Part shown: positions 39,285 through 53,700 of the stretch, one piece after another
How the letters are laid out: every line of letters begins with the position of its first letter
Position numbering within the stretch: position 1 is the stretch's first letter
Source: Paraspadella gotoi
Lineage: Eukaryota; Animalia; Chaetognatha
Direction of reading: 5' to 3'
Length of the DNA stretch: 64,000 bases
Assembly: GCA_051294375.1 (NCBI GenBank)
Contig: CM119270.1
Coordinates: 7,451,143-7,515,142, forward strand
The notes under the pieces: generated by a model
The model's input: only the letters and a program-made list of their open reading frames with translations
The model's database searches: none
Told to the model about the DNA's origin: nothing
Program-made: the position numbers and the translations under genes

Positions 39285-42200
39285 CTCTCTCCTACGATGA
39301 GGTATTCAAAACCTAAACTCGTTTTTAATTCATTTCATTATCCCCTTTGTATCGGAACTAATACCTCCCCCCTAATCTATCTTGAATCTTCCCCCCCTTA
39401 ATATCTCCCTTAATTTCTTCGCCACCGTCTCCATCTTTTTCTCCTTCAACCGCTTTTACTGTCGACGCCGATTTTCGTCGACGACATTGAAGAGAGAATG
39501 AATCGAGGAAGGAGGCAGACGCCCGATTTTAACCTCTCTTCACCTCTCTTCTTCTCTCGAACGACTTTTCTAATTTCTTCCTCTCTAAAGCTATTTTCTT
39601 TTTATTTTCTTTTTTTTTTTCCTAAGCTCCTCGTCTTCTCTCTGTATCTTTAAACTCTTGTCCCTCTGTTACTCAGCTTTTCTTTTCTTTTTCTTCATCT
39701 CGTCTTGCATTGACTTTCTTCTCTCTCCCTCTCTCTTTCCTATTTTTTAATATCTTTGTTATCTTTCAACTTCCCAAATTCCTCTCTATTTTCTCTATTT
39801 CCTCATCGTTTTTTCCCCCTTCGTCTCGTTTCTTCTCTTCTCTATCTTTCCTTACCTTTTATAACCTACCTTTTCCGTTCCTCCCCTTCGGCCTTGAACG
39901 AGACAAAGTGTCTCTGTCTTTGTCTCTCTCCCGTCTCTCTCTCACTCGAGTTCTGTTCATCACGAGAGGCAACAGAGAACTAGAGGCTGTTCTAAAATAT
40001 CAAATATCATTATCCTAGTTAAAGCTTATTGAAGCATGCACGTTGAAATTGCTTTAATTTTTTTTTTATTAATACCAAAAACTGTATTGACAAAATAAAA
40101 AACGGTAACAGTGTAAAAGAAAACGGTAAACAAGTAAAAACTAAACTATTAAAATTATACAAAAACAAAAGACACTAACGTTTAAAATGGAATCATTAGT
40201 AAATGTTATGAACTAATTCATAAGAAACTATAAAAAATAACGTTCAAAAACGTTCAAGGATCAAATATCATTATCATTGCTTTAATTTCTAAACGAAAAC
40301 AATCACAGAAATTTATAATCATTCCGACCCTTACTACTTTTAAATCTTTTTTTTCTCGTCTATTTATTTTTTAGTTTTCCCTCACGCAACAAAAAAAAAT
40401 AACAACAACAACGAGAAAAATCCCTTCGTCGCGACGAACCGGGTCCGAAGCCTCATCGCGCCACCGTCGACTCTAATTAAACAAATCGGCTGATCCCGGG
40501 ATTTTCGACGCTAGTAATTACTTCAATATGCAAATGAGATTATGGAGAATTACTGTCGGGGAAGGGGGGGAGGGACGAGATTAAATCCGATATCGTCACA
40601 TTTTTTTTTCTTTATCTTCACATTCTTCGCGCGTCGACGGAGAAGAGAGAGAAAATTGCCGCCATTTTTATTTTTATTTATTCCAGGGAGATAAGCGTCG
40701 AGTTTGTTCTCAACCCTCTCCCCCCTCTGGAAGCTTGGCAAGCCACCGTCCTATATCCTCTTGGTGTCCAGGAGGCCCTCACTGACTCACGGTACCTCCA
40801 CCGCCTCAAACCCTCCCAGGTGCTTCTAAGGCCTTCGTTCTTCATCTTCATTTTGCGCCCACATTCTCAATTTTGTACCAAAAAACATTTTCTATCTCTC
40901 TCTCTCTCTCTCTCCCTCAATTTCCTTTCATTTTCTTATTCTCAACCCGTTAATCTTAACAACCGGTAGTTATCGTTCCATTTTTCTTTTCTTTATGACT
41001 AAATCGTTAGTCTGTCTGTCCGTCTGTCCCGTCCGCCTTAAACCAAGTAGTATTAACCATTGTGCACTCATTATTTGTCATGGAGCCTTACATTTTATCC
41101 TTTATTCTTCTTATTTTTTCATTTACTTTCTTCTCCCTTTATCCACCTTCTTCTCTTTCTCTTACCCCCTCCTCTTTCTCCACTATATTCAGAATTGGCG
41201 TTGGCGCGCGTGAGAGGGGCCAAGGTCAAATATGGCGGCGCTCGAGTGGAGAAGAGAGAGGGGGCGTTGTGAAGGAAGTTGCGCGCGGAAGGGAGAGGGG
41301 GAGGCGAGGCGCTGCTGCGGGGCGGGTTAAACGAAATGCAGAAAAGCCGCGCGGGGGATGGGCAGGGGAGGAACGTTGAAAAAGGTTATGAAAAAAAGAG
41401 AGAAAAAAATTGTAGCGTATTTCTTTTTAATAAATCTCGATGCGTACTAGAGCTTAGGCAAATAAAAGAACAAAGAAAAAAGGAAAAAAAAACAACAAAA
41501 GTTGATATTAAAAATAAAAAAAAGAGAATAAAAAGGAAAAGAGAGAGAGAGAGAGTGAGAGAATATATATCCGAAGAAGTTGCACATATCGATCGCGCGG
41601 TCGTTGCTTGCATAATTTGAGCTTGGTGCGAAGTTGCGAACCGAGGCGCCTTTGCATGAAGCGACTGGCATTATCGATGCAAACTAAAACGAAGCTTGTG
41701 TTGCAAACTCTGACATTTTTGGATTCGAATTTGTGAAAGGAACAAAAGATTCCTTGCGGCGAGACGCGGATCACATTTTGATTGGCGAGAAGGCAAATGC
41801 GCGTTGGTGATGTCAGATGATGTCTTTCTTTGTGATACAATTTCTTTTGTGATTCGTTAAGTCGTGTTTTCTATCGAATCTCTGCTGAATTGTCGGGCTC
41901 TTCGTTGACTTGCATTCTGCAATTGCTGCCTTTGTAAATTGCACAGTCATCAATCAACATTTCTCATGTCTTGTGGGAAACTAGAAACACGTTGGACGTA
42001 AACAATGGAGTCTTTTTGCAGAAAGACGTGCATCGATGCAAAATCATTGACGAACCCAAACGTCAGCTTAAATGATTGCTTTATTTATTCTACCGGCAAA
42101 TTAGCGAAATATTTCCACCCTTTTTCATCTTTTTTTAACTTTTGACGATTTTTTTAAAAAAACTTCAGTTGTCAGTGAAAAGGGAAAGAAAACAATTTTA

Positions 42201-42500
42201 AAAGGAAAAAAAAATAGATGAGTGACATATATTTTTTCGTTTTAGGAATTTTTGGATAAAGACTTTTGTCTCTTTTGATTTTGTTTTAACTTTCTCTCAG
42301 TTTTGTTTTGGTTAGATGTTTTCAATGCGAAAGCGACTTTCTGGCAAACGTGCACAGTGGTCGAAAAAGAGGAAAAATGACACGCGAGTTTTCACTCTTC
42401 TGAATACAAAATAATTTATAGGAACGGGGACTCGCGTATAATCTCACCGATAAAAATTATACTCTGCTCCGGGATCGTCGAACTATAAATACTGTCATCC

Positions 42501-42547
<47 letters not shown>

Positions 42548-43692
42548 GAGAGAAGAGGAGAGGAGAGAGAGAGAGAAGAGGAGAGAGAGATGAGAGAGAG
42601 AATAAAATGGAACCCGGCCACGCCCTCGTCACTCAATGCGTCCCCGACGTTCTTACGTCAAATAATCGTGACTGGAAGGTCAGTGGTTCGATTATTAAAT
42701 TATCCCTGTCATTTCGCTACAATCACTGTTTTCTATTTCCATGTCAAAACAGCATGTCGAATGTATTATTTTATCACATGTCAACTTCTCCTTGCTGGTC
42801 ACCCTTCACCTCAACCCAACGTCTGTCTAGATTCGTTAAAGTTAAACGGTTGTTCTTCTGTTCAGCAGCGTCCCTTCTCCAACGTCTACAACGACGCCTT
42901 TCAACAACTTCACTGAACGAGCAACTTCGGAATTAGAAGATCAAATGTTGAGACGACGACGACAACAACAACGACGACCTCGTAGACCGAGACCCTTGAT
43001 CTCTGAACTTTTGCACCTTCAGATGGAATAGATTGGCTTTCCTTTCAGTATTTTCAAAGGTTTAAATTTTAGCTTTCCCTTCGTGAAGTAATTAAGAAAT
43101 TAAGTACAATTATGGAATACGTATTCCACGAGCTTTACAATCCAAGGTCCCTTCACTCCCTCTGCCGGATTTTATCATCAAAAATAAACATTCTCTCCAT
43201 ATCGCGTTCACCCCATCATTCCTTTATTCCATCACCAAATAAAAATAAAACAACCCCATCACTCCATCCTTATCCTCATAAATCCATCACCCCATCATTC
43301 GAAACCCATCAGCCGCTCCACTCGATGCCCAAAGCGTCCGAGCGAATCGCGGGCGAATCGCGGGCACCTCTTAATGGAAGCTACGAGCGAGTGAGAGACA
43401 TTCGCGGCGACGAGTGAGAGCGAGACATTCACAGCGACCACCTTAATCACGTTTTTGATGTCCGCATAAAAGGAAGGAAAACGTTTTAGAGGAAGGAGGA
43501 GGAGGAAGAAGATCTTTTAGTTTATTGTATATAAATTGAGAATCGAGAAAGAAAGAACTAAAGAAGGAAAGAAAGAAAGATGTAAAGAAGGAAAGAAAGA
43601 TAGAAAGAAACAAAGAAAGAAAGAAAGAAATAACTAAATAAGGAAAGAAAGAAAGATGTAATGAAAGAAAGAAAGAAAGAAAGAAAGAACGA

Positions 43693-43764
<72 letters not shown>

Positions 43765-44301
43765 CAGACAGACCCAAAGGAATCACAAAGCGTGTAAGGT
43801 CGTGGTTCCAACGGAATCGACACCCGATTCAGTCTCGATAATCATGGAAGCAGCAAGCAGTAGGCAATCATAGCGAGAAAGGAACAAAAGATCATAGAAT
43901 TATTTGATTTTTATCAGTCTTTCCCGACACCTGGAGTCCTTGACCAGTGCACACCAATTTTTTTCGCGGAAAATCTTACCCATTATTAATTTAAGTTAGT
44001 TTTGGCCCGCCTTATTACCCACATATACTTTCCTCGTATCTTTCTTTCCATAGTTCTCACAATATCTTTTAATTATTGATTTCTGATAAGGGACATTGTT
44101 CTTTTCTTTTAATCTAATAATAGTGAAAATTATATATTTTCCTCATTACATACATACGGACTTGTCAAAACATGCGGTCTATACGTCGCTCCTCTAGACT
44201 TCTCGTTTAACAGCCACTTAGAAACACAAGGCTCGTTATCCCACCAGCGATTTAAACAAATACAATTTTTAAAATCACTCTCGTTCGCTTGTATTCTGTT
44301 T

Positions 44302-44614
44302 CGCCACCCGCTACGCAACCTGCTAGGCCAACCGCTATGACTCCCGCTACGCAACCTGCTAGGCCCACCGCTTGACTCCCGCGACGCAACTGCTAGGCCA
44401 ACCGCTTATGACTCCCGCTACGCAACTGCTAGGCCCAACCGTATGAAGGACTCTTCCAGCTACGACGGACCAATTCCCGCTACTGATACAAACGTGCTTA
44501 GGAGTCGCCCGCAACCGCTATAGCTTCCCGCTACGCAACCTGCTAGGCCAGCCGCTATGACGCCCGCTTCGCAACCTGCTCGGCCAACCGCTATGACTTC
44601 CACTACGCCACCCG
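44302..44614. repeat. 36-bp minisatellite, ~8 copies
   Basis: Unit CCGCTACGCAACCTGCTAGGCCAACCGCTATGACTC; CGCCACCCG at both ends (44302-44310, 44606-44614). Confidence 0.9.
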
Positions 44615-45132
44615 AAACCCCAACAAGTTACAGTTCTCCATCCTTTCCTCGCATCATAAACTTGTAGTTTTATCGTCCCAACGCGATATGAATGGTTACA
44701 GTTTCCGAGGTCGTTCTCTGCCCTTTATGGCAAAAAATTAAACTTCTCTATTTACTTTAGTAAGTGCTTAAAAAAACTCGTTTTTCTAACAATCTTATAT
44801 TATTAAATGGCTAATTCCGTAATTATTTAATTCTCAATAATGTAATCAAATTCTATCAAGCTATCTAATAAAAGGGAAACAGTTTTAACTATCTCTCCTC
44901 CACGGATAGAAACTATTCAAACCTTTTTTTTTTTTTGCGCCATCCGAGCACATATCTAGTCCCAACCTCTTGCGCGCCATCTACTCTCACAATTTCAATT
45001 TCCTCTGCGCCACCGATGCGTGCCGACTCGACTTCCTGCGCGCCTTCCATGTCCCCTTTTTCTCGGACACGAGGCAAGAGGGAAATTAAGAGCTCCGTCC
45101 CTTGGCGCCTAATTACTTGACGTCGACGCCAG

Positions 45133-45146
45133 AGCGCCATCTGCAG
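45133..45146 (-). promoter_or_regulatory. CTCF-like motif
   Basis: Minus strand CTGCAGATGGCGCT resembles the CTCF core (CCAG[AG][GT]GGCGCT) with a mismatch. Motif match only. Confidence 0.3.
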
Positions 45147-45806
45147 AAGCGGCGCTAAAACGAAAAGGAAAAATTGCAGAAAAAAAAAGGGAAACGAGGC
45201 AGGGGAGAGAGACAGAGAAAGGCAGATGGAGAAACAGCATAAGTCATACAATAACATCAATTTTTTTAACGACAGCTCTGAACCATATAGTTCGTTTTAT
45301 TTATACAACCTGTTAATCCAGGCAAACTCTGTACCCTAATGTATGTAATTGTATATTTATATTAATAAACCAAAACTCCATCCATTCTTCCTTGAAAGAA
45401 AAAAAAGGCGTGAGGCAAAATGACCCGAAAATAGAATAATGCAATAATGCAAATCTGCGCACACATTTGCAAGTGGAAGAGACGAGGGACATGAAACATT
45501 CATGTTTAGCTTTTTTTTTGCATTTTTTTCTTTTTTTTTATGGCGCGCTTTTTTTTTTTTTTTTGGTGGAAGCGAAGGAAGTTTGCCAGAGTCAAGCGTC
45601 TGGTTGAAGAAGAAAAAAAAGGGAGGAAAGTTGAGGAAAAAAGGAGACAGACAAAGTGGACGCAGAAAAACAATAAAAAAAAAGAAAGAAAGGAAGGATA
45701 AACCGAAAAAAAAGAGGAAAGGTTTAAATGATGCGGAGGAAGAGTTTGGTTTGGCTCGTTTTGAGCGCACTGTTCGTCTAGGGTACGATGCAAACGAGAA
45801 CGAGAG

Positions 45807-45842
<36 letters not shown>

Positions 45843-45989
45843 GAGACTGAGAGAGAGAGAGAACAGAGAGGCAGAAAGAGAGCGATAGTGAGTAGGTGAA
45901 AAGGCCGCATCCACCACAGGGGACACGAGAACAAAGACCCCACGGGAGTTTAGCTATGAACGTTCTCTCTCTCTCTCTGCTACTTCTCG

Positions 45990-46020
<31 letters not shown>

Positions 46021-48968
46021 TCTCTCGTCTCTCTCTCTCTCTCTTCTCTCCAAAAGTTTTCGCTTTTCACAAACGTTTTCCTCGTCTTATCAGTTTTTTG
46101 GGGGGAAAACACGAAAACAAAATAGAAAAAAAATCCATTTAACGTGTGAACGAAGGAAACAACAACTCTATATCAAACGCGACTATTTTTTTATTTTTAT
46201 TCAATTTGCGCCAAAAATATTGTGGAATTTGATTGATATTTAATACTGTTTTTATAATATATTTCGTTAAGCCGTCTTACAAAAAAAAAACAAAAAAAAC
46301 ACAATAAATGAATTTCTCTGGAGTAAAAAAGAGGAAAATTTTAAATTTTTTTTGACAAATTCTCTCGCGATTTCGAGAAAAAAGTCGAAAGAATCAGAGC
46401 GAAAGAGGATTTGGTTCTGTGGGGAATTGATTGTAACGACGACGACGACGACGAAGACGACGACGATTGTGAAGACGACCAACTCAACGACCACGGCGAC
46501 GACAACAATGATAAAGACGATGACTGTAGGGTGGATAAAGGAACGACCACGATAGTACTGACGATGAAGATGATGATGATGACTACAATGATGCGGATTT
46601 ACGACGACGACGACGAGGATGATGAAGATGATGATAAAACTTATATTAAGATATTAATGAAGATAGGGATGATGATCATTAGACAAATTCAATGATGACA
46701 TTGACTAAGATAAGGATGAAGACGACGATGACTACGACGAATGAAATTTCTGAGACGGCGAATTCGAATGAAGACAAAAAAGTTGAGGCGAGAGACGAAA
46801 ATAAGTCGAAGAATCTGCGGACGAATTAAATTGCGTTCGATGCCCAAAAAAATAATTTCGATATCGCTTTGAAAAACGGGTTTTTTTATTTTTCATTGTG
46901 TATTTATTTAATTTTTATTCATTGTTTCTTGATTTAAAAATTTATTCATCGATGAGGCAAAGNNNNNNNNNNNNNNNNNNNNNNNNNNNNNNNNNNNNNN
47001 NNNNNNNNNNNNNNNNNNNNNNNNNNNNNNNNNNNNNNNNNNNNNNNNNNNNNNNNNNNNNNNNNNNNNNNNNNNNNNNNNNNNNNNNNNNNNNNNNNNN
47101 NNNNNNNNNNNNNNNNNNNNNNNNNNNNNNNNNNNNNNNNNNNNNNNNNNNNNNNNNNNNNNNNNNNNNNNNNNNNNNNNNNNNNNNNNNNNNNNNNNNN
47201 NNNNNNNNNNNNNNNNNNNNNNNNNNNNNNNNNNNNNNNNNNNNNNNNNNNNNNNNNNNNNNNNAAAGATTATATTTCTCTTATCAACTTTTATGACGAA
47301 TCCAAATCTGCAAAAGAAATCTAGAAAAAACTGTTTTGAATTTTAAACATTTATTGTTGTATACTAGTAAAGATATGGACCTACTCGCGTAAATAGTAAA
47401 ATTTATTATAAATTTTTTTATACATAAAGTTCATAAGTAATAGATGATTTGTTCCGTTCCTCACTTTTAGAATTTTAACTCTTAAAGTTAAACTTGAGAA
47501 TTATTACTACGCCTTAGCTGGTGGGTCGCGGGGAGATGAGAAGTGGAGGGAAAGAAGAAAAGGGAGATAGAGAAAATTAGGTGAGGGGAAGGTTGGGGGA
47601 GGCAGAGAAACAGTGTCAATAGAAAGTAAGAGGTGAACAAGAAAGTTTAAAAAGAAAGAAAATCGGTAACACAAGACAGAATAAGATAGGAAGAAAGAAG
47701 AAAAGAAAAAAATTACCCGAGATGAGTGAGAGAAAAAAAAAGCTAATTTAAGAACGAAAAAATTGTTTTAGAAATTTCTAATTTCTTTTGGCAGATTATT
47801 GATTGTACTGATCCAAAGGATATGAGGTTATAAACCAAAAGTATACTATAAACATTTGAGTTAGTTAGTCTGTCCGACTCTTTATCCACATTCGAATCTC
47901 GGTTCTAAATTTCCAATTTTCTTCTGATCTCAACTTCATCCGGTTTTTATTTGCTGACTTCTTCTCCATTTCCTTTTTTTTCCTTCAGATTTCTTTCCTT
48001 TCCTCCATCTCACTCTTTCCTCCTCTATACAACTCTTTCCTTCACTCCCCAATTTTCTTTCTTTCCTTTTTCTGTCTTTCTCCACCCACAGTTCCCCATT
48101 TACTGCCTTTTTTCGTTCTTCTAATTTCTCCATTTCTTTGTTTCCTTATTTATCCCATTTCCCCATTTCCCACATTTCAACATTTCCCCATTTCTCAACG
48201 CCACTTCGCTCTCCAACCCCTCCCCCGATTTTCATAACTCCATTTTTCTTTAATCCCCTCTTTCCGTTTAAATCCTTGTTTCTCACTCTAATTGTTTTTT
48301 TCCTTCTCATTTTCCTTCCATAAATTTAAAGTCGCTTCTCCACGATTCTTCCCCTTTCGCTCTAACCCTATATTTTCTACTTTGTCTTTCTACCAGTTTC
48401 TTCCCTTTCTTTTGTTTCTACCACCATCTTCATTTTACTTTTATTTTCCCCTGTCTCAAATCTGTCTTCGCATTACTCCACTTTCACAATTTTTTCTCGA
48501 CTCTTGTTTCATACATTTTCTTAATTTCAAACAACAACTCCCTCCTTAAATCTCCCAGAACCCACGTCTTTTCCTTTCCAATTTATACCGTAGTAGTTCG
48601 TAGGTAAAATTAAAACCAAGTGCGTAAAACCAAAGTCAACTTTCTCTCTTTTTTTCTACCCCCAACTCACTTTTTGGCTTCGATAACTTTCCAATACTTC
48701 CCCCTCCGCTACTCTCTCCTCCCTCTCCTCCCTTCCATTTTCCCTCCTTTTCTCGGCATTTCTTCTTCTCCAGCCCCAAAACACTTCCTCCCTCGTTCCC
48801 TTCCTCCTTCTTCCTCCTTCCCCCCCTCCTCCCCCCTCTTTTCTCCTTCCAACGAACGCGCGTCCGAAAAGATTGATTCCCGTTCGCCGTTCAAGAAATG
48901 GATTAGTAGAAGTTCATTGCTTTTTTGACTTTCAAGAGGAAGGACCATCGGTTCTCGGCGAGATCAGC

Positions 48969-49056
<88 letters not shown>

Positions 49057-49636
49057 ATTTCCCAGAAATATTGGTTCCAAACTTATACAGAATTTTTAAG
49101 AAATTCCTACATCATACAAATAAAATAAAGAGCACATCTTTAAAATCGCTGCTTGACTATTTGGCAGCAAAATCACAGTAAAAGTCGAAAGAACTTACAA
49201 AGATTTGATGTGAATACTGAATAGTCCGACTAGACTGACAGATAGACTGGCGGACAGAATCACATCAAGAGAATTCGAGAAAGTCATTGCTAAAATGAGA
49301 CAGAGTTATCGACGAACTGACTCCGTACAAAGTTATCTCAGATTAAGAGCATATCAATATAATATTGATTAAATTACAAACTGATAATTTAGTTTGTTAT
49401 AAGAAAATGAAAATGACTTGCAATTTCGACTATTTTTAGACGCATGATGGTTGATGCTGCCGATGATAGCGTTGGTCCCTGAGTGGGCTTCGCTTTGTGT
49501 TGAGATGGTATTCCGTCGGTCTATTGATCAAAAGCCGTCGCTTCGTTAATTTTCCTTTTTTGCATCTCATTGATTTTAAATGGAGTAAGTTCATTTTTCT
49601 ACTTTACTTAATTTTTTTGTCCCCGTTTTTTTAAAG

Positions 49637-49691
<55 letters not shown>

Positions 49692-50233
49692 TTTTCTCAC
49701 CTCTATTAGCATATCTTTTATCAAAATTCGTGTCCCGTTTTCTGTTTCTCTCTCCTTCTCATCTTCTCTCCTTCATCCTCGGCTAAACTATTCAATTATT
49801 CATTTCGTACTCATTTGTTATTCATTCACTGATCGATTCTTTCATTCATAAAGGCATTCATTTAATAATTCACTTATTCATACATTTAAAAAAATTGGGT
49901 AGAACTTAAAACGTAATTATATGTTTGTTATTCATTCTGTTTCACGTTGTCTAAATTTCTCATTTACCAATTTATATTCACCCATTCTCTTTCCTTTTCT
50001 CTTTTTCCTTTCTTTCAACCTCTCATTTATCTACTCTACTTCTCTCTTTCTCTCCCTTTGCATGTCAACTTCTCTTCAACGCTCAGCCTCCCTCCCCCGG
50101 GCTCTTTTCTTTTGTCTGTTATGATAGCCGCATTTACACTAAAGACAGAGTGAGAGAGAAAGCGGGAGACTATCTCCCTCTCCCTATTTTTCTCTCCTCA
50201 GAGCTACCTCCGGGGCGTTTCCAGTTTGCCGAC

Positions 50234-50280
<47 letters not shown>

Positions 50281-50878
50281 ATTTTCTTCTTCCCTTCTTT
50301 GCAATTAGATTACTTATCAATTCGTTTCCATGACCACGACCTTTTGCCTTTTTTTCCTTTCCTCGCCTTCTCAGCGAAAAAACTCTTCCATGGATCAACT
50401 TTTCCGGTTATTCCTTTTTCTTTTTTTCTTTTCCTTTTTCACTCCTTTTTCTTATTCGCCCCTTCCTTTCTTTAACTTTCCTTTTCGCTCATGTTTTTCT
50501 AACCCAAATTTCACGATTTCGCTTCTCTTAACCTTTCACTGTTTTTCTTTTTTTTTTACTTCACTCATTTTATTTTTTATGAAAGTCTTCTCTTTTTTTT
50601 TCTGTCTCTTTGTTCACAATTTTTTAATTCTGTTAAATTTTCGTGTCAACCTTTCTGTTAATTTTTCTTCCTATCTCAATCCCTACTCTTCTTTTTTTCT
50701 CGCCTCTTTCCTATCTTCCTTGGCTAAATTTCCATTGTTTTTTAGCCCATAAATTTTGTTTATTATCATGAAACGCGTTTTTTAAATGATATCATTTCTG
50801 TCATCCTTCCTTTTGTCAAAAAGATTCACGTTTAGTCGTTGCTCTCATTCTCATTCTTTGCCCTTTTCGCAGCCTTGG

Positions 50879-50914
<36 letters not shown>

Positions 50915-50939
50915 NNNNNNNNNNNNNNNNNNNNNNNNN

Positions 50940-50979
<40 letters not shown>

Positions 50980-52444
50980 ACATTTATCGTATACCCATTC
51001 TCCTTTCGCCACTCCGTCTCCATTTCTAAGCTCAAGCCAGTTTGAGGAATTGAGGGGAAAGGCTTCTCACCAATTCCCATTTCGATCGATTCAGACAGGG
51101 AGAGAGGAGAGAGAAAGAACAGATAAGAGAGAGAGAGAGAGAAGTTTTCTAGTCGGATAGTTGAGAGTGAGAAGAAAGCCTACATACAAATTAAAGAGAA
51201 AAGAGAGAGAAGAGGAGAGGAGAGACATAAAAATAGAAACGCAAGAGGAAATTATGCTTTGTTTTTGAATAAGCAAACGATATTTAATGAACTGTCGACT
51301 CAGCACCAATGTATATAACAACCTCAGATTGATGCTTTATTATGTGCAAGAAGTCACTATTGAACGGTTATGTATATTTCACTTTTTCTCTTATAAAAAT
51401 ATCTTTTTTCGAGTGTTTAGCAAGAAAGAGGTATTTGTGATATACTCTGCTTACTGTAGTTAGCAAATTCAAAAGCGTTTTTCTTTTTGTTATTTAAGAT
51501 TGTTTTCGCTGTTCCCTTATTTATATTCATGTAAATCATCGTTTGCCGACAAGTTATCTTGTTTATTAATCAAATTCATATCATTTCCACTTTTTACTCT
51601 CTAGAAAGAGAAAGTACGAATTTCTATACAGAGAGGATGTTTTTTACTCTCTCATGTTTATCTTAAATGGAAAAGATGACGCGCTTGAATTGTGTTATTA
51701 GAGATCGAGTGTGGTCCTATTTAAAGTTGTTTATTCATATTGTCTACCTAGTCGGCGAAATATCAGTGCCGTAGCTCCTCTCTGGAATTCCTTAACAGGT
51801 GGGTATACTATTAAATAATTTCTCTCTGCCTGCAAAACATAATTATAGACAAAATACTTTACTCATCTCTCTCTTTCACAGTTTTAAAGTGCGTTGAATT
51901 GTAAAGAGAGACAGGGGCTGCAGCAGCGGATTCGGCAGCAGCCCAGGAATCGGTATCTAAATATTTCTCTCTGCCTGAAAAAAAAAAAAAAAAAAAAAAA
52001 CATTATGTATTTAAAAAGTGAATGAAAAGAAGAGTTGAACAAAATTAGCGCAATTTAATCTTTATCCTCTGAGTAATTGAAGAAGGTATTTTTACTGTTA
52101 CCTAATTCAGAACTCTTACATTTAAAATCGAAAACTCTTAAAATCTTTCTATCTGTCATCTCTCGATTTAAAGTTTATCTCTGTTTATCTCTATCTACAA
52201 CTACATCATTTCAAACCTCTAAAAAAATCTCTCTTCTCTCTCTTTCTNNNNNNNNNNNNNNNNNNNNNNNNNNNNNNNNNNNNNNNNNNNNNNNNNNNNN
52301 NNNNNNNNNNNNNNNNNNNNNNNNNNNNNNNNNNNNNNNNNNNNNNNNNNNNNNNNNNNNNNNNNNNNNNNNNNNNNNNNNNNNNNNNNNNNNNNNNNNN
52401 NNNNNNNNNNNNNNNNNNNNNNNNNNNNNNNNNNNNNNNNNNNN

Positions 52445-52478
<34 letters not shown>

Positions 52479-52551
52479 CTCCTTATCGCTCTCTCTCCTT
52501 CCCACCACTTTTGCCTCTGAAATAAGGAGAGAGAAAGGGAAAGAAAGAGAA

Positions 52552-52599
<48 letters not shown>

Positions 52600-52620
52600 T
52601 TTCTGGGTGAAAGAATCATT

Positions 52621-53091
52621 GGGTTATACTCGAGAGTTCGCGGCGTAAGAAAGCATGGGTGTTCGGCGACACCGCGCCGTTTTGTGCCACCACTCGCGGA
52701 CCACGTCACGGTCGGCGGCCAATCTTTTGCCGCCGGGACTCGAGTCGCGGTATTCAGAGGGAAATTATCTCTGATCGGGAGAAATCCCGCGGATTCAACG
52801 TGATCGCCGTCCGGAGTATCCGTGGGTCGCGGACGGGAAAATTATCTCTCTCTCTCTCTCTCAATCTTCATGGGGTTGGTTCGCATGGGTATTACTCGAG
52901 ATTCGCGGCTAAGAAGCCATGGTGTCCGGACACCGACTGCCTTTTGTCCACCATGGCCGGCCACGTCGGCCGGCCAATCTTTTGCGCCGGGACTCGAGGT
53001 CGGGATTCAGAGAAATTATCTCTGATCGGGGAGAAATCTCGCGGACAACAGGATCACGTCCGGAGATCGTGGTCGCGGGACGGAAAATTAT
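52621..53091. repeat. Two tandem copies of a ~200-220-bp GC-rich unit
   Basis: 52621-52844 and 52887-53091 share ACTCGAGA.TTCGCGGC, GGCCAATCTTTTGC, GAAATTATCTCTGATCGGG and GGACGG(G)AAAATTAT. Confidence 0.8.
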
Positions 53092-53639
53092 TTTTACTTA
53101 TTTTCTTTAAAAATATTATATTAAATTATAAAAAAAATGAAATGTAAAACATTGTTTTTTGTTTTCTTTTTTGGGTACATTCTTTCATTTTTAAATTTTC
53201 ACAATAATTTTTTTTGGAAAAACTAACTCATATTAAAAATAACTTTTGGAATACAAGGCTATTGTCTGACCTAAAAACTGACGTTGGAAAAAAATTCGAC
53301 AAAGAGAGAGAGAGGATGAACTTAATTACAATGTTTGAATTGTTTTTAACATCATTGGTTTCTTAGTTATCTATTTGGCGTGGCAAAAATCAAGTTTATG
53401 TTAATTATAAAATTAGTTAATAGGCCGATTAAGAAATAAAAATAAAATTTGTTTTACAAAAAATTATAAAAAAATTTTAAAGATAGTCACAAAATTAAAT
53501 TTATTTTAAAAATAATTGAAAACGTTTGCCTTGCATCAAATTTAAAGCAAATAACGAATTTAACAGAAAACCAGCAAGTCCAACTTGTTGCGGGCTGCTG
53601 TGATTTCTCTTCACAACACTTCCTTTTACTAATAATGAC

Positions 53640-53700
53640 TTATGAAATTGGTTCAATCAATTATAAAGTTATCCATTCATTTAAGTAAATAAGCTATCTT
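53640..53700 (+). repeat. Short interspersed AT-rich repeat, also at 60919-60978 and partially 62204-62228
   Basis: TATGAAATTGGT.CAA.CAAT...TTATCCATTCATTTAA(G)TAAATAAGCTATCTT shared. Confidence 0.7.

Noticed and set aside
44302-44614. 36-bp repeats as a CRISPR array
   Set aside because: Units are contiguous with no unique spacers; eukaryotic context, no cas genes.
51812-52010. Short direct repeat followed by poly(A), possible retroposon with TSD
   Set aside because: The poly(A) follows the second repeat rather than lying inside the pair, so the geometry does not fit.
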